Both the position numbers and the translations under genes were made by a program. The notes below the pieces were generated by a model that saw only the letters and a program-made list of their open reading frames with translations, had not been told where the DNA came from and searched no databases. Below are positions 42,301 through 48,011 of a stretch of 64,000 nucleotides of DNA, one piece after another. How positions within the stretch are numbered: the stretch's first letter is position 1; the number at the start of each line of letters is the position of its first letter. Source of the DNA: an uncultured Alphaproteobacteria bacterium (GTDB lineage Bacteria > Pseudomonadota > Alphaproteobacteria > RF32 > CAG-239); contig CALXWB010000004.1 in assembly GCA_944392225.1 (NCBI GenBank), positions 206-64,205 of the forward strand, in the 5' to 3' direction.

Positions 42301-44383
42301 TGTTGTGAGAGATGAAACTGGGGTTGAAATCGGCAGGATAGATGCCTCTGGTTTTATGAAAAACGGTGAGGGAAAGGTTACCGGTTTTGGTGCCGATAGC
42401 AATAACATTTATAATGAAGACGGAAACATCATCGGTCGTTTGAACGAGATGGGCAATGTTATAAATACCGAAGGTAAGAAGATTGGCGAAAAAGATTCAA
42501 ACAACAACATTGTTGATGAAAAAGGCAACGTCATCGGCATATTAGATGACAGCAATGCCGTAAGAGACAAAGACGGAAAAATCATAGCACATGTTCAACC
42601 CGATAATCAGGTTGCAGATTTTGCCGGCAAAATCATCGGCACGAAAAATGCTGCCGGAAAAATAGTCGATTCTTTGGGCGAAATCATCGGTCAAGTTTTT
42701 GCAGATGGCCGAGTTTTTGATGAAAGGGGCAACTTTGTCGGTCAAATCCAAGGAGATGGTTCGGTTAAAGATATCAACCAAAAAACAATAGGCAAACTCA
42801 ATGCCGACGGCACGGTTGTAAACGCCAACAACAGCATAATCGGCGGCATAGGTCGCGGTTGGTATGAAAAAGTCACCCCGCTTGAGAAGAAAGAAGAATC
42901 AGATGTTTTGCCGATAGGAACGCTTGGCAATACAGGTTCGGTCGGCCAAGGTGGAAAATATAGAAAATCATTGAACATAGCCTTAACGCCGGATGGAGAT
43001 TATCTGGGAGATATAATGGAAGATGGCAGTGTTGTTAATAAAAACGGCAAGGTCATTGGTCAAAAAACGCCAGATGGGCTGATTATTGATAAAGACGGCA
43101 CGTTGATAGGCATAGAAGAAATAAAGAAACCTGCGGGAGGAGATATTTTTGTTCCGGCCGGCACATTTGGCCAAGGTTCAGCCTACGGCATCGGAACAGG
43201 TCCGGGGGATAACTTAGGGCCAGGCGGCGGCTATGGCCCCGGAGAAAGATACAATGCGCAAAGGAGTGCGGCTTTGGCGGTAGCACAAGGGCAAAGACGT
43301 CAAAATATGCAAGTAGGCAAAATCAGCTCTTCAATCAGGAAAGAAGCTTTTGACGGCATGCAAAAAGATTGGAGCGACCAAGGTATTGATAAAATCTTGT
43401 CTTCATGGCGTGTAGACATGAGCGAAATGATATTGGCAGACAAGCCGATTCCGGCAGTCTTAGCCCGTTCAATTGATTCATCCAACCCCACCCCGGTTAC
43501 AGCATTTGTTGAAAGAAACGTTTATGCCGAAGAAGGCAGAAACGTGTTGATTCCTGCCGGCAGCCGGTTGATTGGTGAGTTTAACAGCATGGGGGCAGAG
43601 CAAGAAGCATCATCTGAAGCCGTCAAAGTTCAAATTAGTTGGCAGAGGCTGATTCGCCCGGATGGTTCAATGTTTAAGTTTGATGGTGTAACGGCAGATG
43701 CTCAAGGCAGAGGCGGTGCATTGGGATATTTGGACAGACAATTGTTCAGTCGATACAGTATGCCTTTGTTAACCACAGTTCTAACCAGCACAACGGCATA
43801 TTTGATGGCAGATGATTCAGAAACATCTGGAGAAACGGAATCCTCAAAGCAGCAAGCAGCTAATGATGCAAGACAAAATTTCTTAGATCAGATGAATCAA
43901 GTCTTTTCAAAAATTTTGGATGATAAAGCAGACATTGTTCCTTTGTCATATGTTCCGGCCGGCACCAGAATTATTGTCTTTCCAAAATCAGATTTATGGT
44001 TAAGAAGCATTGATCGTGATAAAGAAGAAAGCAGTGCCGCGATGGAGCGTCCGAAAGTTTTGATTGATGACCAAGCAAGATTGAGAGATGATAACAATAA
44101 TGGAAGCAGATCAGGACAAAGCAGCACAAGCAGCGGTTCTTCATCAGATAATGGTCAGGTTACCTATGAAGAAAATCAGACAAAATCCCGCCCGTTGATT
44201 GCACCGGAAAGATACAGTAAATCAAACAATAACACGCAACAACGCCAGGTTATAGTTCCGCCGCCGCCGCCGTCAACATCGGGAGCAACCTCAAGCAGAG
44301 CAAGTTCGGGTTCAGGCAACAGCAGCGCAAACAGTAGTTCTGGAAATTCAAATAAAAATAATTCTGTCCCGCAATTGTTTTAA
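39335..44383 (+). CDS. virB10: Repeat-expanded VirB10/TrbI-family protein (1682 aa; CagY/DotG-like architecture)
   Basis: N-terminal hydrophobic segment 'ILICCLVCLLLNV', then >1000 aa of the same 17-residue repeat. Next a Gly-rich segment, then a canonical TrbI/VirB10 core: 'ILADKPIPAVLARSIDSSNPTPVTAFVERNVYAEEGRNVLIPAGSRLIGEF...VQISWQRLIRPDGSMFKFDGVTADAQGRGGALGYLDRQ...YVPAGTRIIVFPKSDLWL'. Ends in a Ser/Asn-rich tail with PPPPP. Confidence 0.85.
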   Translation: MLQTRKIQSQIKKINQILICCLVCLLLNVNSTQAQEITAINFNGDLLGKVIPDGNVIGFDNSIIGKVTADSFIVDFNEEIIGGIVPQGVAIGNDTKLLGKINTDGTVRSPSGNIIGKTLPNGMVVNDYYEILGAVLFPGLVYGDSGQTVGRLTGDGDYVNLKGQKIGFITPDGYAYRKVAEDYVLDGRLISSKMVVSSEGEFLGSVSPGGEVYDFDGKKIGNLKANGYVYNEQGRVIGGIVKSGYAFDNFGSYLGYISYNGFVLDKGKQVGRLRADGKIINDKKEVIGIFVGADTAATDSKGKYLGRLLPNGKIAPANEGKYTLSARKNVVDAQGSSLGKLVASGPIINYLGKNIAHALPCGKIISFAGNTMGYTKGEDAYNTQGKIMGKVSQPMLAWLQNDGLATLSGISAQVEMAGNVYYLSPFGYSISAEGNFGGKTFAPQPIYNQIGAIPGEITLNGELSSADNTAKLYPSGYIFTPQGEMFGKLISASYAQNFADVSAGVLSENNLVLDKEKKIIGKILPGLDVVSTDKENSTNIRPIMGKASDSNMAISFEGILNGYVNEEGNVLDFSSNKIGQISSEGWLIDNNGTITGFTEKVKPIRDENCAFLGVLTPSGDVKNTKDIYMGKILGNGQVINDSETIIGYGDTPQALIDENGKIIGTSDSLGQAKDLKGNVLGCLSTQGYLYSKDNQLLGGKIIFGNVIDFSNQIIGSVNATGQIDDANGTNIGHVQPQGNVVNKAGKTLGQIMQYAVAFRNDGRYLGYVRASTAEVLNGKKEVVGKVNFDGSIVLDKKKIGFALYDMYIYDQNKKAIGIIGRDGVVRSFNNRILGEIKRGFVVDKNDKVIARGNRDYFIRNADKEIIGELGLDGRVLDSEGREVGKLGIAGEIVSAEKGKIAQAYPLQYYSKISAEDDSRGDIALSADGKILGYVDEDKNVIDANGNLIGTQDAKGFIRNGNNEIIGRVINPNNVVDQEGNIIGKKDENGVVRDETGVEIGRIDASGFMKNGEGKVTGFGADSNNIYNEDGNIIGRLNEMGNVINTEGKKIGEKDSNNNIVDEKGNVIGILDDSNAVRDKDGKIIAHVQPDNQVADFAGKIIGTKNAAGKIVDSLGEIIGQVFADGRVFDERGNFVGQIQGDGSVKDINQKTIGKLNADGTVVNANNSIIGGIGRGWYEKVTPLEKKEESDVLPIGTLGNTGSVGQGGKYRKSLNIALTPDGDYLGDIMEDGSVVNKNGKVIGQKTPDGLIIDKDGTLIGIEEIKKPAGGDIFVPAGTFGQGSAYGIGTGPGDNLGPGGGYGPGERYNAQRSAALAVAQGQRRQNMQVGKISSSIRKEAFDGMQKDWSDQGIDKILSSWRVDMSEMILADKPIPAVLARSIDSSNPTPVTAFVERNVYAEEGRNVLIPAGSRLIGEFNSMGAEQEASSEAVKVQISWQRLIRPDGSMFKFDGVTADAQGRGGALGYLDRQLFSRYSMPLLTTVLTSTTAYLMADDSETSGETESSKQQAANDARQNFLDQMNQVFSKILDDKADIVPLSYVPAGTRIIVFPKSDLWLRSIDRDKEESSAAMERPKVLIDDQARLRDDNNNGSRSGQSSTSSGSSSDNGQVTYEENQTKSRPLIAPERYSKSNNNTQQRQVIVPPPPPSTSGATSSRASSGSGNSSANSSSGNSNKNNSVPQLF
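39470..43110 (+). repeat. Degenerate in-frame 17-codon repeat array inside the virB10 homologue
   Basis: Examples: 'NDTKLLGKINTDGTVRS/PSGNIIGKTLPNGMVVN' early and 'DEKGNVIGILDDSNAVR/DKDGKIIAHVQPDNQVA' late. Same consensus as the upstream ORF. Boundaries are approximate. Confidence 0.7.
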
Positions 44384-44392
44384 GGAGAGAAA

Positions 44393-45361
44393 ATGAGTTT
44401 TGCCGTATTAGAATCAGTTTTAAGGCCTTTGGCATATTGGTATAACCAAGACAACATTGAAGAGGTTGCCATCAATCGGTCAGGTCAAATATGGCTCAGA
44501 CTACGCGGTAAAAGGGCATATCCGTGGGTAATGTATAAAGATGAAAATTTAACCAAAGACTATTTGATTGATCTGCTTTATATCATAGCCAATACATATG
44601 AACTTCCTTTTGACCCGGTTTCCGGCAACCCGGTTGTATATGCCACGATTCCGGGAGAGCACCGTTTTTCGGCCATAGCCGGAAAAAACGTCATGTATGA
44701 CCAAGATGACTTGACAGGCGGAGTGGCCTTGACCATCCGTGTGCATAGTGATGATGTTGCTTTCGGTTTAGGTGATTATGGCTTGAAACAAGGAGAAAAG
44801 CTGCATCAATTAAGTGCCATCAAAAAGATAAAAGACCCGGATGATCCTTATGAAAAATTGCTTTTGAGCATCAAGCGCGGGGACCACATATTGGTTTCCG
44901 GCGCCACGGCAACGGGTAAAACAACTTTTTTAAACAATTTGTTGAAAATATTAGACATTCACAAAAGAATATTGACCATAGAAGATACGCGAGAGCTGAT
45001 TGTTCCGCATCCAAACCGGGTTCACATCACCTTGTCCAGAACGGAACAAACCAACGAGTTAACCTATGCCAAAGTCATAGACTTGGTTGTCCGTTTCACA
45101 CCGGATGCCATCATCGGTGGTGAGATATCAACCAACAATGCGGCCACCATATGGGAGCTTATGGGATCAGGACACGACAACTGTTTAGCAACAATCCACG
45201 CGGAAAGTTCTGAAGCGGCATATAATGCATTTGTAGACAGAATAATGCACACAGCCCCAACAATAGATAGAAACAAAACCATAGAAGAAATGAGAAAAAA
45301 GCTGCGTGTGGTTCAAATCAACCGCGACGGCAACTTAAGAACTGTGACGGAAATCACATAG
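44393..45361 (+). CDS. virB11: VirB11-family T4SS ATPase
   Basis: 322 aa. Walker A 'ILVSGATATGKTTFLN', 'ILTIEDTRELIV', Asp box 'DAIIGGEIS', His box 'GHDNCLATIHAES'. Position after virB10. Confidence 0.9.
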   Translation: MSFAVLESVLRPLAYWYNQDNIEEVAINRSGQIWLRLRGKRAYPWVMYKDENLTKDYLIDLLYIIANTYELPFDPVSGNPVVYATIPGEHRFSAIAGKNVMYDQDDLTGGVALTIRVHSDDVAFGLGDYGLKQGEKLHQLSAIKKIKDPDDPYEKLLLSIKRGDHILVSGATATGKTTFLNNLLKILDIHKRILTIEDTRELIVPHPNRVHITLSRTEQTNELTYAKVIDLVVRFTPDAIIGGEISTNNAATIWELMGSGHDNCLATIHAESSEAAYNAFVDRIMHTAPTIDRNKTIEEMRKKLRVVQINRDGNLRTVTEIT

Positions 45362-45380
45362 GAAAATGCTTTTCACAAAA

Positions 45381-45408
45381 AAAAGACCAAAATTTTTGGT
45401 CTTTTTTT
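45381..45408. terminator. Bidirectional rho-independent terminator between convergent virB11 and the 45421..46050 gene
   Basis: AAAAGACCAAAA / TTTTTGGTCTTTTTTT palindrome (stem AGACCAA / TTGGTCT) with flanking A- and T-runs. Confidence 0.7.
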
Positions 45409-45420
45409 GTAGATAAATAA

Positions 45421-46050
45421 TTATTGCAACGGAGGAATGTTAAATTGCGCAATTTCTCCGGGTTTAATTTTTTTATTGGAATAGCGCATATTTCCCGTTT
45501 CAATGATAAAGCGTTGTCTTCCTGTGAGTTGAGAAGCCAAATCATAAAAATCGCTGGCGATCAGTTCTTGACGCTGCGGATTCATAATATACAAGACGCA
45601 GCCCTGAGTTTTTTCTGCCACGCCGCAACGAGCGCGTCCTCTTGGCACTTCTGAATTAACAACCACGCCCTGCAAGCCGTCACGCACAATAGTTTGCTGA
45701 GCAAAGAAAATTTTGGCAAAGATCAGGCCGACGACAAAGGCAACCACGCCAACAATGACTGAGATTTTATTTTCAGATATTTTTGTGAGCAGGGGTGCTT
45801 TTTGCTGTTCGGGATAAAGCTCGTTTTCGCTGATGAAATGCGGCTGATTATTATTAGCAAGATTGTCGGTATCAAAAGCAGTGATGGCTGTATGCTCGGA
45901 AAAATCAGCGGGAGCATTTTCTCTGTTTTGCGGAGCGACCTGCGGTTGATAAGGTTGTCCGGCGGCGCCTTGAGGGTTGACTCTTTTAATTGGGCGTTTA
46001 ACTTTTTTCAAGCGTTTATTATTAGCATAGATTATCTCATCATTATCCAT
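45421..46050 (-). CDS. Bitopic membrane protein of unknown function (last gene of the secretin-like module)
   Basis: 209 aa. Basic/Pro-Gln-rich cytoplasmic N-terminus, a single TM 'ISVIVGVVAFVVGLIFAKIFF', and a ~95-aa C-terminal domain with a Cys pair 'RCGVAEKTQGC'. There is a 21-nt gap after the secretin-like gene. Confidence 0.5.
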   Translation of the reverse strand: MDNDEIIYANNKRLKKVKRPIKRVNPQGAAGQPYQPQVAPQNRENAPADFSEHTAITAFDTDNLANNNQPHFISENELYPEQQKAPLLTKISENKISVIVGVVAFVVGLIFAKIFFAQQTIVRDGLQGVVVNSEVPRGRARCGVAEKTQGCVLYIMNPQRQELIASDFYDLASQLTGRQRFIIETGNMRYSNKKIKPGEIAQFNIPPLQ

Positions 46051-46071
46051 TTCAAACTCCTCGTCGCAAAA

Positions 46072-47331
46072 TTAAATTTTGTTTTGTAAATGTTGAGAAC
46101 TTTTCATAGTTCTGATAATTCTAGGCACCATAAACACAATAGATTGTGAATTTTTGCCCTGGATACCAAAGATTTCATTAGGAATACCGATAATCAAGAA
46201 ATTTTCCCCGAGTTGGCTGCGAATGGAAAATTGGGTAATTTCGCCGCCGGTTGAATCGAGTGTGATATTAGAAAAAATCTTATTATTTTGTTCCAAAGAA
46301 GCTTTAGCCAAGATAGAAAGGTTGGCGTCGATATCTTTTCTGTTGCCGCATTTACCGACATCAAAACGGGCATACCAGAGGTTTGGCACAACAAATTTAC
46401 CCTGAGCAACGGGTTCAACGCGCCCTTGCCGGCTGAGAAAAGCAACCAACGAGCTGATATTGAGGTCATTAGAGGCGGTCAAAACGCGGCCGATAACACC
46501 GCTTTTGGCAGATTTAATTGTGCCATAGTCAAAAGTGTTGAGCAGTTTTTGCCATTCAATATCGTTATGTTTTGTGTTGGGATAAACTTTCAAGACATAA
46601 ACATCGAAAGCAATCAATGTTGGATTTTCTTCAAAATATCCGATGAGGGTAAGAATTTTGTTTCTCAGCTCAAAATCTGCATCAAAAGTAATGGAATAGT
46701 CGTCCCAATTTGAGGTCACATCGGTGATTCCGGCTCCGCGCAAAACATCAAGCAAAGCAAGCAAAATGGGGCGGGACTTTGGCACATAAAGACTAAAATT
46801 TGCTTTTCGGCTGATACGCAGTGTTTTATTATGCGCATCATAAGAATAATAAATTTCGGCGGCATCGGCAATCATCTTAATCACTTCAGAAAGTTCTCCG
46901 CGCAAGTTTTCGGCAGAAATACTGGCATACGGGGCATCTTTTGCCACCAGCTTGATTCCGGCCTCTTTGGTAAGTTTGAGCAGTGCTTTTTCGGCAGGCA
47001 TCATACCGAAAGAAAAGCCGGTAACTTCGAACCTGGGCAGCATATCATTATTGCCGTTTTGCACCAAATTAAAAGCCTTAACATTATAAGGAATGGTTGT
47101 AATCATTTGCTGTGTCTGCCAGTTGACGGAACAGCGTAACGGTGTTTCAAGGTCAAACATACTGGCGCCTTTAGGGGTTCTAATCATATTAGGGTTTTGC
47201 GGCAAAGAGATTTTGGCCTCAAGGCCTGATTTTTTAAAATTAATGGCGGGTTCTTGAGTTTTTTGAGCCTGGCAGGCGCACAAGAAGAAAAGGAGCAAAA
47301 ACAATGTATATTTTTTGAGTGTATCAAACAT
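46072..47331 (-). CDS. Short secretin-family outer-membrane (lipo)protein, second secretin in the window
   Basis: Signal with 'FFLCAC'. N0-like 'GELSEVIKMIADAAEIYYSYDAHNKTLRISRKANFSLYVP' parallels the pilus secretin's 'GSLSGLLNEVASRFGVWWKYDKNQILFYKYETRTFTVYSLP'. Secretin-core pattern: 'IAFDVYVLKVYPNTKHNDIEWQ', 'LVAFLSRQGRVEPVAQGKFVVPNLWYARFDVG', 'LSILAKASLEQNNKIFSNITLD', 'GENFLIIGIP...SIVFMVPRII'. Confidence 0.6.
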   Translation of the reverse strand: MFDTLKKYTLFLLLFFLCACQAQKTQEPAINFKKSGLEAKISLPQNPNMIRTPKGASMFDLETPLRCSVNWQTQQMITTIPYNVKAFNLVQNGNNDMLPRFEVTGFSFGMMPAEKALLKLTKEAGIKLVAKDAPYASISAENLRGELSEVIKMIADAAEIYYSYDAHNKTLRISRKANFSLYVPKSRPILLALLDVLRGAGITDVTSNWDDYSITFDADFELRNKILTLIGYFEENPTLIAFDVYVLKVYPNTKHNDIEWQKLLNTFDYGTIKSAKSGVIGRVLTASNDLNISSLVAFLSRQGRVEPVAQGKFVVPNLWYARFDVGKCGNRKDIDANLSILAKASLEQNNKIFSNITLDSTGGEITQFSIRSQLGENFLIIGIPNEIFGIQGKNSQSIVFMVPRIIRTMKSSQHLQNKI

Positions 47332-47334
47332 TTT

Positions 47335-47919
47335 TTATTGACCTTTGTCAGAAACATTTTGCGGTTGCGGCCGAGGTTGAGGTTGCGGCTGAGGTTGCGG
47401 CTTTGGTTGCAAGGGGTCAGGTTCAGCAGGGGCTGCATCGGGAGCAATATTTTGTTTGAGCATCAATTTTTCAATAACCTCATCCATACTCATACCGGCA
47501 CCGACGGTGGGATCCTGAGATTTATCAACGGAGCCGAGAGCCTCTCTCATTTTTTCAAGCTCTTGAGCCGTATCTTGTTTGATCATATCCGGCGTAGAAT
47601 TACTGCGCAATTCGGTTTTATATTCATTCAAATTTTTTTTGAAAGCATTCATGCCGCCGGCAATTTTCTTTTCAACATAAGGGTAAAGTTCTTTATGTTC
47701 CAAAATAAAATCTCCGCTTTCGCTGATTTCTTCCAAAACATCCAAAATATAATTATAAAAAGGATATTCTTCAATGGCAATATTTCCTTTGCGCACGCAG
47801 CGTGCAGCAATTCTGGAGATGGTTCTGTCCAGATAATCTTTGAGCAAGATATAGTTATCCAAGACCCATAAAACGTCTTTGCTGACAGGCGGCAGATTAT
47901 TATTTTGTTGTTCCGGCAT
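47335..47919 (-). CDS. Soluble hypothetical protein with a C-terminal (PQ)n tract
   Basis: 194 aa with no signal peptide or TM. Helical acidic body. Ends 'PDPLQPKPQPQPQPQPRPQPQ'. There is a 3-nt gap to the secretin-like gene. Confidence 0.5.
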   Translation of the reverse strand: MPEQQNNNLPPVSKDVLWVLDNYILLKDYLDRTISRIAARCVRKGNIAIEEYPFYNYILDVLEEISESGDFILEHKELYPYVEKKIAGGMNAFKKNLNEYKTELRSNSTPDMIKQDTAQELEKMREALGSVDKSQDPTVGAGMSMDEVIEKLMLKQNIAPDAAPAEPDPLQPKPQPQPQPQPRPQPQNVSDKGQ

Positions 47920-48011
47920 TTAAAACTCCCTAATATCCGACTATTAATGTAATGTAGCTCACGGTTTTTGTAAATTGTTATTTTAAGATTTTATATATTA
48001 TGTGTATGTTC

